From Spirochaetia bacterium (GTDB taxonomy: Bacteria; Spirochaetota; Spirochaetia; UBA9216): a stretch of 64,000 nt of DNA. Of the stretch, positions 50,788 to 61,500 are shown one piece after another (position 1 is the stretch's first letter; every line of letters starts with the position of its first letter). A program made the translations under genes and the position numbers. The stretch lies in the NCBI GenBank assembly GCA_963675665.1, contig OY776510.1, positions 64,001 through 128,000 on the forward strand. The letters run 5' to 3'. The notes beneath the pieces are model-generated. The model was not told the DNA's origin. It worked only from the letters and a program-made list of their open reading frames with translations, and searched no databases.

Positions 50788-52230
50788 TTAAACCGATACT
50801 TTCTCTTTTTTCTTCGGATTCATGCACATCTTCTCGTCACCATACCATATTGCCCTTCCCGTGAAAGCATAGATAACCGCAATAATCGGTACAAAAAGGG
50901 CAAGATATACGAACGGAAAATACTGGGTAGTCGGTACCCCAAGCGCCCCGGTAAAAAATACACCGCAGAGACCCCACGGAACCATCGGTGAAAATACGGT
51001 ACCGGAATCTTCAAGTGTTCTTGAAAGAACATTGTTTCTCAGGTTCTGCTTCCTGTATTCAGGAATCATCATTCTTCCGGTAATTATAATTGCCATATAC
51101 TGGCTTGCTGTTGCAAGGTTAAGAAGAATACCTGAAACGACGGTTGTTGTAACAAGACCGCTTGGTTTTCTCAGCAGGACGGAAAGCTTGCCGAGGAAGA
51201 CTTCCAGCATTTTTGTTTTTTCCAGAATACCGCCAAAGGCAACACCGATAAATCCGAGTGAGACTGTCCACATCATGCCCTGAAGACCGCCCCTGCTGAC
51301 CAGTTTATCAACTACGGCAACACCGGTGTCTCCGGAGAATCCGTAATTCATAACATTTGTAATGGAAGTCAATGTGGCGCCCTGAAAGATCATTGCCAGA
51401 ATTGCCGCAATGATAGCCGAAATTATCATTGTCGGCAGCGAAGCCACTTTCTTGACGGCAAGAACAATAACCACTACAGGCGGGATAAGCAGCACAGGAT
51501 TAATAAAGTAATTTTCCTTGAGAGTAGTCAGAATGAGCCTAACCTGTGAGGTGTCTGCACTTCCCTTAACCTGAAAAGCTCCGAGTATTCCGTAAACTAC
51601 CAGTGCAAGAACAAAAGCAGGAACAGTTGTATACATCATGCTCTTAATATGGTCAAAAAGATCAGCTTCTCCTACTGCTGCAGCCAGGTTGGTTGAATCC
51701 GAAAGCGGCGACATTTTATCACCTATGATTGCTCCGCTTATAACAGCACCCGCCGTCATGGCAGGCGATACGCCAAGACCCATTCCGATACCCATCATGG
51801 CCACGCCTACGGTTCCGCCTGAAGTATAGCTGCTTCCGGTAGACATTGAAGTCAGGCCTACAATAACCGCGGCAGCTACCAGAAAATACGAAGGCTTAAG
51901 AATCAATAGTCCGTAATAGATAATTGTCTGAATTGTTCCCGAAGCAACCCAGGTTCCTATTACAACACCGATAATCATCAGTATAAGCATGGGGATCATT
52001 GCAAGATCCGCGCCGTATTGAATTGCATCCTGGATATCTTTCCACTTATATCCGGATCTCATAGCTACAATGGTTGCCACAATGATGTTTACAATCAAGG
52101 TAATATGTACGGGTATCCCTAACCACAGGACGGAGATGCCCATACTGGCAAACAGAAACAACAGAACGAATAAAACACTACCGAAACTTATTGCTTTCTT
52201 CCTTTCTTGATCTTTGATTTCGCTCATCAA
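50788..52230 (-). CDS. nhaC: NhaC-family secondary transporter (probable amino-acid uptake)
   Basis: TGSSYTS.GT.G, GA..GDKMSPLSDSTN, RGG and LSRTLED.GT...P..PW. Confidence 0.85.
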   Translation of the reverse strand: MMSEIKDQERKKAISFGSVLFVLLFLFASMGISVLWLGIPVHITLIVNIIVATIVAMRSGYKWKDIQDAIQYGADLAMIPMLILMIIGVVIGTWVASGTIQTIIYYGLLILKPSYFLVAAAVIVGLTSMSTGSSYTSGGTVGVAMMGIGMGLGVSPAMTAGAVISGAIIGDKMSPLSDSTNLAAAVGEADLFDHIKSMMYTTVPAFVLALVVYGILGAFQVKGSADTSQVRLILTTLKENYFINPVLLIPPVVVIVLAVKKVASLPTMIISAIIAAILAMIFQGATLTSITNVMNYGFSGDTGVAVVDKLVSRGGLQGMMWTVSLGFIGVAFGGILEKTKMLEVFLGKLSVLLRKPSGLVTTTVVSGILLNLATASQYMAIIITGRMMIPEYRKQNLRNNVLSRTLEDSGTVFSPMVPWGLCGVFFTGALGVPTTQYFPFVYLALFVPIIAVIYAFTGRAIWYGDEKMCMNPKKKEKVSV

Positions 52231-52246
52231 ATTCTCCTCTATCTCT

Positions 52247-53458
52247 TCAATCTAATAATATTTTTATGAGGTAGTCATATATCGTTTCAGCTGTTCGGGC
52301 AGCCGTATCAATATAGACAAACTCATCTGCGCTGTGAAAATTTTCACCCATCGGACCGAATACATAAGTAGGTAAATCAGCTCGTGTGCCGAGATAGTTG
52401 AAATCGCCAATGCTGGAAAAATAATCAATATTTGCAGCAATCCCGGTTACATCCTTTATGCTTTGCTTCAGGATTTTCGTGTACGGGTTGCTCTCTGATA
52501 CTGTATATGGAAGGAAACTGTCGGCCCCGGGGTTCGGAGCCTCCCTGAACCTGACTTTAACCGTCCCCTTTACCCCGGCATCTTTGGCAGCCTTCAGTAT
52601 TTCATCACGAACCGAATCCGGCGTTTCCCCTACAGTAATATGACGGAACACTGAAAAGACAGCTTCTTCCGATACGGAGCAGGCTGCCTGGCCGCCACCG
52701 GAAGAGCTTGTTATACAGGTTGATCCTGCGCCCAGCTTCGGGTCTTCTATTCCCTTCAGCTCTTTTAACGCCACGATTAATTTTGAGGCTTCATAAATCG
52801 CGCTGACCCCCTTTTCAGGCTCTGCAGCATGCGCGCTTCGCCCTTTTACCGTTACCGTGTAGCTGAAACCGCCCCGCGCACCGAGGCACAGACAGGGAAA
52901 AGGCACGCGACAGAACCCCGAGCTCGGTTCCGGAACAATGGCAACATCACAATTATCAATAATTCCGTCTACAATTGCTGCATTGGTACCAAGGCCGTAA
53001 GGGCCTTCTTCATCACTTACAAGCGTATATAAAATACTGCCGTTAAATTCTTTTACATTTTCTTTGAACGCTTCGATAGCCAGCATAATGGCGGCGCAAC
53101 CGCTTTTCATATCAAGCGCGCCCACCCCATAGAGCTTTCCATCCACAAACTCGGCCCCGTACGGATCTTTTGTCCAGCCCTCGCACAAATTGACAGTATC
53201 AAGATGCCCGTTAAGCAGAACTTTCGGGCCGTCGCTGCCGCCCTTCAGCTCTCCTACTATATTTTTCCCGTTAAATCCGGTTACTTTATCTTCCTTAAAT
53301 TCATGCACCCGTGCGGGAATACCACGTTCTTTAAACCATTTATACGCAAAGTCCATAATTCGTGATTCATGAAAATACGGACTTTCAATTTGTATAAGAT
53401 CAGAAGTCAGTTTCAGTATTTTTTCATCAATACCTTCTATTACTTTTTCTCCATTCAT
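52247..53458 (-). CDS. M20 (ArgE/DapE-like) metallo-amidohydrolase/deacylase
   Basis: NGHLDTV, GALDMKSG, SDEEG, PEPS and HSADE metal and catalytic residues. Confidence 0.88.
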   Translation of the reverse strand: MNGEKVIEGIDEKILKLTSDLIQIESPYFHESRIMDFAYKWFKERGIPARVHEFKEDKVTGFNGKNIVGELKGGSDGPKVLLNGHLDTVNLCEGWTKDPYGAEFVDGKLYGVGALDMKSGCAAIMLAIEAFKENVKEFNGSILYTLVSDEEGPYGLGTNAAIVDGIIDNCDVAIVPEPSSGFCRVPFPCLCLGARGGFSYTVTVKGRSAHAAEPEKGVSAIYEASKLIVALKELKGIEDPKLGAGSTCITSSSGGGQAACSVSEEAVFSVFRHITVGETPDSVRDEILKAAKDAGVKGTVKVRFREAPNPGADSFLPYTVSESNPYTKILKQSIKDVTGIAANIDYFSSIGDFNYLGTRADLPTYVFGPMGENFHSADEFVYIDTAARTAETIYDYLIKILLD

Positions 53459-53467
53459 TAATTCATC

Positions 53468-54502
53468 CTATGTATACAGTTTTTCGAACATTTCTCTTAT
53501 CACGGGATTTTCCCTTAACACGTTTAAAGCTACCTCCGCATGTCCTTTTGTGTACCCGTTACCGATAATCATCTCTATATCCTTTCCTACACCTTCCGCG
53601 CCGAGCGCAGCCTTGGTAAAACTTGTTGCCATGCTGAAGAAATAGATTAAACCGTCTTCCTTAACGGAAAGGATCGAGGCCATTTCAGTATTCGGGATAT
53701 TTACATTATTTATTACGATATCAGCCGGCTTGCCGTGATTTGCTTTAAACAGCTTCTCCATAACATCCACAGCCATAGCGGCATCTGCCTGTATGATAGC
53801 ATCGGCAAGCCCGGTCTTGCGTATCCGCTCGCAACCGGCTTCGGAATGCGACAGGCCTATAATGCGTCCGGTTACGCCGGCGTGTTTTCTGGCTTCATGA
53901 AGACATAAAAGACCCGACTTGCCGCCGGCGCCTATGATAAAAACAGTTTGCCCCGGCTGAACAAGTTTTGCCGTCTGCGCGGGAGCTCCCGCTACATCAA
54001 GAACAGCAAGCCCGAGCGTGTCTTCCATGTCTGACGGCAGTTTCGCGTAAATTCCGCTTTCGAACAGTATGGCCTGCCCGTCGATATCAACCTGATCTAT
54101 ATTCTTTTTAATTTTCCTGATTTTATCTATTTTGAGCGGCGTTAACGACAGGGACACAAGGGTTGCAATCCTGTCTCCGACCTTGAGACCGTCATCTATC
54201 CGTGCATCTCCGATCTTCACAACCTCGCCGATCAGCATGCCGCCCGATCCGGTTACCGGATTCTGCATTTTTCCGCGTTCGTTAACTATGGCAAGAATCT
54301 GTTCGGCGATCTTGTCCTCATCTCCATTCGCCGCGTTTTTCAATTGGGTAAAACTTGCCGAATCAATATTAAGAGTCTGAACCTTGATCAGAACCTCGTT
54401 ATCATAGATTTCCATTGAATTATCAATTTTAACTGCCGTTTGAGGAAGAACTCCCTCAGGTTTGATAACCCGGTGCAATCCATAGCTGTTTCCTTTTTTC
54501 AT
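53468..54502 (-). CDS. kdd: L-erythro-3,5-diaminohexanoate dehydrogenase
   Basis: YGLHRV..P.G.LPQ, LNIDSASF, GKMQNPVTGSGG, VLDVAGAP and FFSMATSF..AALGAEG. Confidence 0.93.
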   Translation of the reverse strand: MKKGNSYGLHRVIKPEGVLPQTAVKIDNSMEIYDNEVLIKVQTLNIDSASFTQLKNAANGDEDKIAEQILAIVNERGKMQNPVTGSGGMLIGEVVKIGDARIDDGLKVGDRIATLVSLSLTPLKIDKIRKIKKNIDQVDIDGQAILFESGIYAKLPSDMEDTLGLAVLDVAGAPAQTAKLVQPGQTVFIIGAGGKSGLLCLHEARKHAGVTGRIIGLSHSEAGCERIRKTGLADAIIQADAAMAVDVMEKLFKANHGKPADIVINNVNIPNTEMASILSVKEDGLIYFFSMATSFTKAALGAEGVGKDIEMIIGNGYTKGHAEVALNVLRENPVIREMFEKLYT

Positions 54503-54516
54503 TATTGTTTCTCCTT

Positions 54517-55335
54517 CTAAGATATTTTCAGTATTTTTCGTGCTTCATCCGGAGCGGCTATTTCACGGCCGAATTCTTTTGCCAGACGCGCAACCCGCTC
54601 AACAAGCTGGGCATTACTTTCAGCAAGAACTCCGTATGAATAATAAATATTGTCTTCAAACCCGACCCGGACATGACCGCCGAGCGGGATCGTGTGATAA
54701 ACCATAGCCAGCTGATGCCGTCCTATACCCGAAGCGGTCCAGGTTGCTCCCGGGGGCAGCATTGAAATCATAAGAAGTAAATGCTCTATTGTTGCCGGCA
54801 TTCCACCCTTCACTCCAAGAACAAAATTGAAATGCATATGTTTAAGGCTCAGCTCTCCACGACAGATATCAAGCGCATTTGCAACATGTCCGGAATCAAA
54901 ACATTCAAGCTCCGGCAGAATATTCAGAGTGGTCAGCCGGTGCGCAAAACTGCGGATCATCTCAGGAGTATTGATAAAGACATCGTTTTCTCCGAAATTT
55001 ATCGAACCGCAATCAAGGCTTACCATTTCAGGCTTCAGTTCCACAGGCTGCTGGCGCTCTTCATAAGACATATTCACCGCCCCTCCGGTCGAGGGCTGTA
55101 TTATCGCCCGGACACCTTTCTGCTTCATCAGGTCTATTGTCTCCCTGAAGACTTCAATATCCTGAGTCGGCAGTCCTTTATCATCTCTTACATGGAGATG
55201 AATAACTGAAGCCCCGGCTTTTTCCGCATCCAGTGCGGCAACCGCAAGCTCTTCAGGTGTTATCGGAAGATTCTTGTTATCGACTTTTCTGACCTCAGCT
55301 CCGCATATGGCTGCAGTGATTATTAGTTTTTCCAT
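54517..55335 (-). CDS. kce: 3-keto-5-aminohexanoate cleavage enzyme (BKACE)
   Basis: LIITAAICGAE, HLHVRD zinc motif, QPSTGG and RVGFEDN. Confidence 0.92.
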   Translation of the reverse strand: MEKLIITAAICGAEVRKVDNKNLPITPEELAVAALDAEKAGASVIHLHVRDDKGLPTQDIEVFRETIDLMKQKGVRAIIQPSTGGAVNMSYEERQQPVELKPEMVSLDCGSINFGENDVFINTPEMIRSFAHRLTTLNILPELECFDSGHVANALDICRGELSLKHMHFNFVLGVKGGMPATIEHLLLMISMLPPGATWTASGIGRHQLAMVYHTIPLGGHVRVGFEDNIYYSYGVLAESNAQLVERVARLAKEFGREIAAPDEARKILKIS

Positions 55336-55337
55336 TT

Positions 55338-56075
55338 TTACATCCTTATGTTCTGTACAATATATGAAGCTACATCCGGCGGAAGAGATCCCGGCCCAAA
55401 CCCTGCGTCAAATCCCAGTTCCAGCGCCAATTCATGACTCAGCCTTGGTCCTCCGACAATCGTAACGAATTTATCTCTCAGTTCTTCCGCTTCCAGAAGC
55501 TCAACAAACTGAGTCAGGTTTTTGATGTGCACATCCTTTTGAGTGACGATCTGGGAGATCAGAATTGCATCGGCCTTTTTTTCAACGGCAAATTTAATCA
55601 GTTCTTCGTTAGAAACCTGGCTGCCGAGATTATATGCATCTATTTCCGGATACCGCTCAAGGCCGTATTCACCGGCATACCCTTTCATATTCATTATCGC
55701 ATCCAGCCCAACCGTATGAGCATCTGAACCGGTGCAGGCGCCTACGACTACTACCTTGCGACCAATATTTTTCTTTATGTAAGCATTGATCTCGTAAAAA
55801 CTCATTACGGGGGTTTCAACTTTCGGAATATGAATTGCGGTTGCATCTATGGAATGAACACAGGAGCCGTATACAACAAAAAAAGTTAATCCGCTGCCGA
55901 CTGTTTTCATATCCGCTACATCAATATTTTCCATTCCCATTTTTGCGGCCAGCTGCCTTGCGGCTTCACGTCCTTCAGGACTTCTTTCAACCGGAAGGCT
56001 GAAACTGAGCTGAACTTTGCCGTCGTTCAGGGTATCTCCGTATGCCCGAAGGTTCTTTTTATCTACACCTTTCAT
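55338..56075 (-). CDS. kamE: Lysine 5,6-aminomutase beta subunit (B12-binding)
   Basis: YGDTLNDGKVQLSF, DAHTVG (DxHxxG), NMKG PLP-lysine and SQIVTQKD. Confidence 0.94.
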   Translation of the reverse strand: MKGVDKKNLRAYGDTLNDGKVQLSFSLPVERSPEGREAARQLAAKMGMENIDVADMKTVGSGLTFFVVYGSCVHSIDATAIHIPKVETPVMSFYEINAYIKKNIGRKVVVVGACTGSDAHTVGLDAIMNMKGYAGEYGLERYPEIDAYNLGSQVSNEELIKFAVEKKADAILISQIVTQKDVHIKNLTQFVELLEAEELRDKFVTIVGGPRLSHELALELGFDAGFGPGSLPPDVASYIVQNIRM

Positions 56076-57646
56076 TTTATTCCAAGTTCCTTTTTAAAGA
56101 TTTCCAAGAATGGATTCAGATAGTCTTTATCTTTTTCGATTACACCGGCGGCACCCTTGCCCCCGTTAAGCGGCCTTGAAATATTTGCAAAAACGCCCCG
56201 GGATATGGCATCCATCAGGCCTTTTTCCGATATTTCTTCAAGCATATCCGTTGTTTCCTGTAAAACCTGATCTGCCCTTTTTTGAATCCGGCCGTCCTTC
56301 TTGAATTGGATTTCTTCACTTAAATGTCTTGCATTATTAAATACATAATTTGCGTTTTCGATAGAAAGGGCCCTGTCCTGAAGAAACGGTGTGTGAATAG
56401 CTTCCGTAAGCATGCCGAGAAGCTGAATGCTTTGCCCGGTCAGCACCGACGCCAGATTGAACATGCAATCCATCAGATGTCCCTTGAATATATTTCCTGT
56501 CATGTGCTTTGTCGGAGGCATGTATTTGATCGGGGCTTCGGGAAAAAGCTGCCGGACAAGCTGAGCCTGAGCCAATTCCATCAGAAATCCGTCTTCAATA
56601 TCCGGGTTTATCTCGAAAGCATGACCCAATCCCATCTGATCAGGTTTTAATCCGGATCGATATGCCAGTTCTTCATTGATAAACTGGGAAACAACTACGG
56701 TATGTGCTTCCTCAACCGCATCGGCGGTAGTCAGGTAATTATCCTCGCCGGTATTTATTATAATTCCGGCAAAAGCGTTAATCATTCTGGAAAAATACTG
56801 ATCGATAAATGTCCGCTTCATATTGATATCTCTGAACAGAATGCCGTACATTGCATCGTTGAGCATCATATCAAGCCGCTCAACAGCACCCATTGCGGAT
56901 ATTTCAGGCATTGCCAGCCCTGAGGCATAATTCACTAGCCTTACATATTTTCCGGTTTCAAGTGCAACTTCATCCAGGGCTTTTCGCATAATGCGAAAAT
57001 TCTCCTGAGTAGCATAAGTTCCCCCGAAACCTTCCGTTGTAGCCCCATACGGAACATAATCCAGCAGACTCTGCGCTGTGCTTCGGATAACCGCAATAAT
57101 ATCCGCTCCGCTTCGGGCTGCCGACTGGGCCTGAAAAACATCTTCGTATATATTACCTGTTGCAACTATGACATACAGCCAGGGTTCAGGCCCGGACGGT
57201 CTCACACTGAGCTCTTCCTCTCTTTTTTTCCGCTGTTCTTCAATTCTCTGTACGGTTTTTGCTGTATAACTTTCAAGCGCCTTTCTTACTTCTGCTTCCG
57301 AATGCTGCGGCAACCCGGTGAGTCGAATCTCGTTCTTGTCAACCATTTCGGCAATTTCCCGGGGCGTTTTCCCTGTTTCAATAACAGCGTTACCCAGCCA
57401 GTAATATATTCCGCGGCCTAAAGCTCCTGATTCGTTGACACTATCAACTACGATATTCGGCAGGGGTGTTCCGCCTGAATCAACCCCGTCGATACCTAGA
57501 AACCTTGCAACGGTTCTCTCCACCGAGGTTGTAGTATTTTTATCAATATGAACCTGAATATCATCAGCTATGGAACGGGAAGCACTGCGGCAGCGTGCCA
57601 CAAGCGCCTGATCAACTATTAATTTATCCTGTAAATTTCTTCCCAT
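56072..57646 (-). CDS. kamD: Lysine 5,6-aminomutase alpha subunit
   Basis: YVIVATGNIYED, AVIRSTAQSLLDYVPYGAT.EGFGGT, INTGEDNY and KYMPPTKHMTG. Confidence 0.95.
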   Translation of the reverse strand: MGRNLQDKLIVDQALVARCRSASRSIADDIQVHIDKNTTTSVERTVARFLGIDGVDSGGTPLPNIVVDSVNESGALGRGIYYWLGNAVIETGKTPREIAEMVDKNEIRLTGLPQHSEAEVRKALESYTAKTVQRIEEQRKKREEELSVRPSGPEPWLYVIVATGNIYEDVFQAQSAARSGADIIAVIRSTAQSLLDYVPYGATTEGFGGTYATQENFRIMRKALDEVALETGKYVRLVNYASGLAMPEISAMGAVERLDMMLNDAMYGILFRDINMKRTFIDQYFSRMINAFAGIIINTGEDNYLTTADAVEEAHTVVVSQFINEELAYRSGLKPDQMGLGHAFEINPDIEDGFLMELAQAQLVRQLFPEAPIKYMPPTKHMTGNIFKGHLMDCMFNLASVLTGQSIQLLGMLTEAIHTPFLQDRALSIENANYVFNNARHLSEEIQFKKDGRIQKRADQVLQETTDMLEEISEKGLMDAISRGVFANISRPLNGGKGAAGVIEKDKDYLNPFLEIFKKELGIK

Positions 57647-57683
57647 CTGCGAATCCTCTCATAACACTATTATAAACTTATGA

Positions 57684-57700
57684 TGCAACAACTGTGCCAA
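57684..57700 (-). promoter_or_regulatory. sigma54 promoter of the kamD operon
   Basis: TTGGCACAGTTGTTGCA matches the TGGCAC-N5-TTGCA consensus. Confidence 0.88.
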
Positions 57701-57773
57701 AAAAGTTTCTCCCGATATAAGCATACTTTTGTTGTATATTGGCCGAAACGGATGTATAATCCGTATAAACAGC

Positions 57774-57830
57774 TGATGCAAATAAGATTCAATGATTCGT
57801 TTTAGAATCGTTTGATTCATAAATGAATCG
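57774..57830. promoter_or_regulatory. Three tandem palindromic activator sites (TGATTC-N6-GAATC)
   Basis: TGATGC-N6-GATTCA at 57774, and TGATTC-N6-GAATCG at 57793 and 57813; about 20-bp period; 75-130 bp from the sigma54 promoter. Confidence 0.65.
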
Positions 57831-59574
57831 TTTTATTGAGGAGATCATTATTTTAAATTCAATTTTGAATTCGCTTGAAGAAGGAATACTGGTTGCAGAT
57901 CCTGAGTTAAGAATTATTTTCATGAACCCCAAGGCCGAAACGATTCTTAAACTGAATACCGACAAGCATACCGGCCGGGTTTTATGGGAAACTGATCTCG
58001 CCCCCGAGATACTCCTTATCCTGACATCAAAAAAAACGGGATACACCCACAGGCTTGATGTCGGAGGCGAATCCATTCTTGTAAAAGGACTGCCTTTTTC
58101 CGATAAAACAGAAGCAAAAGGTTCGATCTGGATAATACAAAGAACCTCTGATGCACCGGAAACAGACTCGCTCATCTGCAAAACAACCGAACAGGAACTG
58201 AACGCAATTATTGAATCGGTCTCCGACGGCATCTACGTAACGGACGGAAAAGGAATAACCCTGCGTGTTAATTCAGCTTTTCAACAGATTACGGGAATTA
58301 AAGAAAATGACGTTAAGGGTCTTCATGTTGAAGATCTGATAAAAATGGACGTCTTCAGGAAATCAGCTACAGTTTCCGTTCTTGCAGAAAAAAGACAGGT
58401 CAGTATGGTAGAGAACCTTAAGATAGGAAAAGAAGTTCTTCTTACCGGCACGCCTGTATTTGATAACAATAATGAGATCTTCAGGGTTGTAACCACATTA
58501 AGGGATATTGAAAGCCTCAATGAACTCAAGAAAAAGCTTGCCGTCTCCCAGGAAAAAACAAAACTGTATGAGAAGGAACTTTTTCAGCTAAGACTTCAGC
58601 AGATGGATATGGAGAATGTCGTAATTAACTCCCGCCAGATGCATGAAGCGGTACAGACCGCCATGCGCCTTGGAGAAGTTAATTCAAATGTGCTGATTTC
58701 CGGAGAATCCGGGGTAGGAAAGGATATTATTGCCAGAATTATACATAAAACCGGGCTCGGAGAGGACGCGCCGCTGATTACAAGCAATTGCGGGGCTATT
58801 CCGGAGTCATTAATCGAGTCTGAGCTCTTCGGATACGAAGGAGGCGCCTTTACCGGTGCGAAAAAAGAAGGCAGCCCCGGACTGTTTGAACTGGCCCGCG
58901 GAGGCACCCTTTTCCTGGACGAGATTGGAGAACTGCCGATCAGTTTTCAGTCGAAGTTCCTCAGGGCTATCCAGGAAAAGGAAATAAGACGAGTTGGGGG
59001 CAACAAGCCCATCAAACTGGACTTCAGGCTTATTGCCGCTACCAACCGTGATCTTGAAGAAATGGTCAGCAGGAAACTTTTTCGCAGCGACCTGTTTTAC
59101 CGGCTGAATGTTGTTCCTCTTAACATCCCGCCGTTACGGGAACGCAGGGAAAGTATCGTAATTTTTGTTTATAAATTCCTCGAAGTATATAACCGCCAGT
59201 TCAACAGGGTTGTTCAGATCAGTCCGGAAGCGCTTCAGATCCTCGAGGATTACGACTGGCCCGGAAACGTACGTGAACTGAAAAACCTGATTGAGCGGCT
59301 GGTGGTTCTGGTTGTCGGAAACGTTATTGAAGCAAACGATATTCCGAGATATATCAGAAGCGTACATTCGGAAGAAACAGAAAACCAGATCTCACTGCAT
59401 GGAATTATGCCGCTGAACAGGGCCATTGAGGAACTCGAATATCAACTGCTGACAAAAACTTACAAAAAATACTCATCAACCAGGGAAACCGCCAAAATAC
59501 TCGGTATCAGCCAGTCTCAGGTGTCGAGAAAACTGACCAAATACAATATCTATAACGGCCCCGAAGAAAACTGA
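57823..59574 (+). CDS. PAS-PAS sigma54-dependent activator
   Basis: Two PAS repeats, GESGVGKD, ELFGYEGGAFTGA, FLDEIGE, WPGNVREL and a C-terminal HTH. Confidence 0.92.
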   Translation: MNRFIEEIIILNSILNSLEEGILVADPELRIIFMNPKAETILKLNTDKHTGRVLWETDLAPEILLILTSKKTGYTHRLDVGGESILVKGLPFSDKTEAKGSIWIIQRTSDAPETDSLICKTTEQELNAIIESVSDGIYVTDGKGITLRVNSAFQQITGIKENDVKGLHVEDLIKMDVFRKSATVSVLAEKRQVSMVENLKIGKEVLLTGTPVFDNNNEIFRVVTTLRDIESLNELKKKLAVSQEKTKLYEKELFQLRLQQMDMENVVINSRQMHEAVQTAMRLGEVNSNVLISGESGVGKDIIARIIHKTGLGEDAPLITSNCGAIPESLIESELFGYEGGAFTGAKKEGSPGLFELARGGTLFLDEIGELPISFQSKFLRAIQEKEIRRVGGNKPIKLDFRLIAATNRDLEEMVSRKLFRSDLFYRLNVVPLNIPPLRERRESIVIFVYKFLEVYNRQFNRVVQISPEALQILEDYDWPGNVRELKNLIERLVVLVVGNVIEANDIPRYIRSVHSEETENQISLHGIMPLNRAIEELEYQLLTKTYKKYSSTRETAKILGISQSQVSRKLTKYNIYNGPEEN

Positions 59575-59649
59575 GATCGAATTGATCTGACGGCTGCCGC
59601 AATCTTTCACTTTTTGCTTCAAACGCGCCTCCGTTATCCCTTTTGATAA

Positions 59650-59665
59650 TGGCACACTTATTGCA
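59650..59665 (+). promoter_or_regulatory. sigma54 promoter of the CoA-transferase/kal operon
   Basis: TGGCACACTTATTGCA consensus match 33 bp upstream of the ATG. Confidence 0.88.
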
Positions 59666-59698
59666 TATATTAAATTAACTTTTAGGAGGAACAGAAAT

Positions 59699-60718
59699 AT
59701 GGATACAAAATATGATGACTGCGGTGTCCTGGATTCCGGTACGGGACCTGTTTTTATGGATCCCGATCCGGACAAAGCCCGATTATTTTTTAGAAATAAA
59801 TCAAAAAAAATGTCTGTTAAACTTACATCCATGGAAGAAGCCGTTCGGGCAAATGTTCATGACGGGGATTACCTTGTGGTTGGAGGATTCGGTTCCAACC
59901 GAACTCCGTTCCATGCTGTTCACGAGATTGTCCGTCAAAAAAGAAAACATCTGAAATTTGCCGGACACACGTCCACTCACGATATGCAGGTTCTGGCTGC
60001 CGGCAATACCTTTGATTGCATCGATATAGCTTATATCATCGGGCTGGAAGCCCGCGGACTTTCGAAATGCAGCCGCAAACTCTTCGAGGAAAACCGTGTA
60101 CAGTTCAATGAAGATACGAACTACGGTCTTGCCATGAGGTTTAAAGCGGCAGCCATGGGTATTCCGTACATACCGACACGTAATGTTATGGGAACAGACA
60201 CATTCAGGAACGGATGCGGGAAGATCATAACCTGTCCGTTTACAGGAAAGAAACTTGTTGCAAAACCTGCCATTTATCCCGATGTTTCAGTCCTTCATGT
60301 ACATGAAGCAGACAAATACGGCAATGCACGTTTCAGGGGCATATCTGTTTCCGATATAGATGTAGCCAATTGCACAAAGAGGCTGATCATAACTGCCGAA
60401 CGTATTATTGACCATGAGGAATTCCGCAACAACCCGGATTCTACAATGATTCCGTACTATCTGGTAGACGCCGTCGTTTCTTCCCCATGGGGAGCATACC
60501 CGGGAACCATGCCTTATGAATATTTTTCCGATGAAGATCATCTCGGCGAATGGCTTTCAGCTGAAAAAGACCCCGAAACATTCAGGAAATTTCTCGACAA
60601 AAACATTTACAGCTGCAAAAATCATTTCGAATATATAGAAAAAAACGGCGGACTCGAAAAAATGGCGCATCTTCACGAGCTTGAGATGCTTACTTACAAG
60701 GAGGACAGCAATGGCTGA
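59699..60718 (+). CDS. CoA transferase subunit A (GctA/CatI-like)
   Basis: V.DGD...GGF...R.P, RFKAAAMGIPYIP, CPFTG, HVHEAD.YGN and PWGAYP. Confidence 0.85.
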   Translation: MDTKYDDCGVLDSGTGPVFMDPDPDKARLFFRNKSKKMSVKLTSMEEAVRANVHDGDYLVVGGFGSNRTPFHAVHEIVRQKRKHLKFAGHTSTHDMQVLAAGNTFDCIDIAYIIGLEARGLSKCSRKLFEENRVQFNEDTNYGLAMRFKAAAMGIPYIPTRNVMGTDTFRNGCGKIITCPFTGKKLVAKPAIYPDVSVLHVHEADKYGNARFRGISVSDIDVANCTKRLIITAERIIDHEEFRNNPDSTMIPYYLVDAVVSSPWGAYPGTMPYEYFSDEDHLGEWLSAEKDPETFRKFLDKNIYSCKNHFEYIEKNGGLEKMAHLHELEMLTYKEDSNG

Positions 60719-61478
60719 TTACAATACAATGGAACTGATGATTGTCGCCGCATCCAGAGAGCTGGAAAACGGCGCAACCGTCGGTGTAGGTACCGGGGCC
60801 CCCTGCGCCGCCGCCATGCTTGCCCAGAAAACGCATGCGCCGGATCTGGTCATCCTTTTTGAAGCGGGCGGAATCAGCCCCCAACTGCCTGAAATGCCCA
60901 TAAGCGTCGGCGACAGCCGGACTTTCTACCGCGCAATCAAGGCAGGCGGCATGTGCGATATCATGGATGCATGCGCCAGGGGTCTGGTTGATTATACCTT
61001 TCTCGGAGGTGCGCAGATAGACATGTACGGCAACCTTAATTCAACAGTTATCGGCGACTATGAAAAACCGAAGGTCAGACTTCCCGGAAGCGGAGGCGCA
61101 AACGATTTTGCTTCATTCTGCTGGCGGACAATGGTAATTACGCCCCAGGACAAACGGCGGTTTGTTGAAAAACTTGATTTTCTGACCACTCCGGGATGGA
61201 TTACCGGGGGTAATTCAAGAACAGAGGCAGGTCTTCCGGAAGATACAGGCCCATATAAAATAATCACTGATATGGCAATTATGGGTTTTGACGAAGAATC
61301 AAAGCGTATGACCGTTCTGAGCCTCAATCCGGGAAGCACAAAAGAAATGGTGCAGGAAAACTGCGGCTTCGAGCTTCTCTGGGCAAAAAACATCACTGAA
61401 ACGCCTCCTCCGACAAAAGAGGAGCTCAGGATATTAAGAGAACAGGTTGACCCAAAGAAATATATTATAGGCCGGTAA
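60711..61478 (+). CDS. CoA transferase subunit B (GctB/CatJ-like)
   Basis: ILFEAG (catalytic Glu position), [26 protein letters not shown] and DFLTTPG; likely start ATG 60711. Confidence 0.85.
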   Translation: MADYNTMELMIVAASRELENGATVGVGTGAPCAAAMLAQKTHAPDLVILFEAGGISPQLPEMPISVGDSRTFYRAIKAGGMCDIMDACARGLVDYTFLGGAQIDMYGNLNSTVIGDYEKPKVRLPGSGGANDFASFCWRTMVITPQDKRRFVEKLDFLTTPGWITGGNSRTEAGLPEDTGPYKIITDMAIMGFDEESKRMTVLSLNPGSTKEMVQENCGFELLWAKNITETPPPTKEELRILREQVDPKKYIIGR

Positions 61479-61500
61479 AATAAAAAGGAGAAATACATCA

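Noticed and set aside
55338-57646. D-ornithine 4,5-aminomutase (oraSE)
   Set aside because: Subunit sizes and motifs match KamD/KamE and the neighbours are kdd, kce and kal rather than ord/ortAB.
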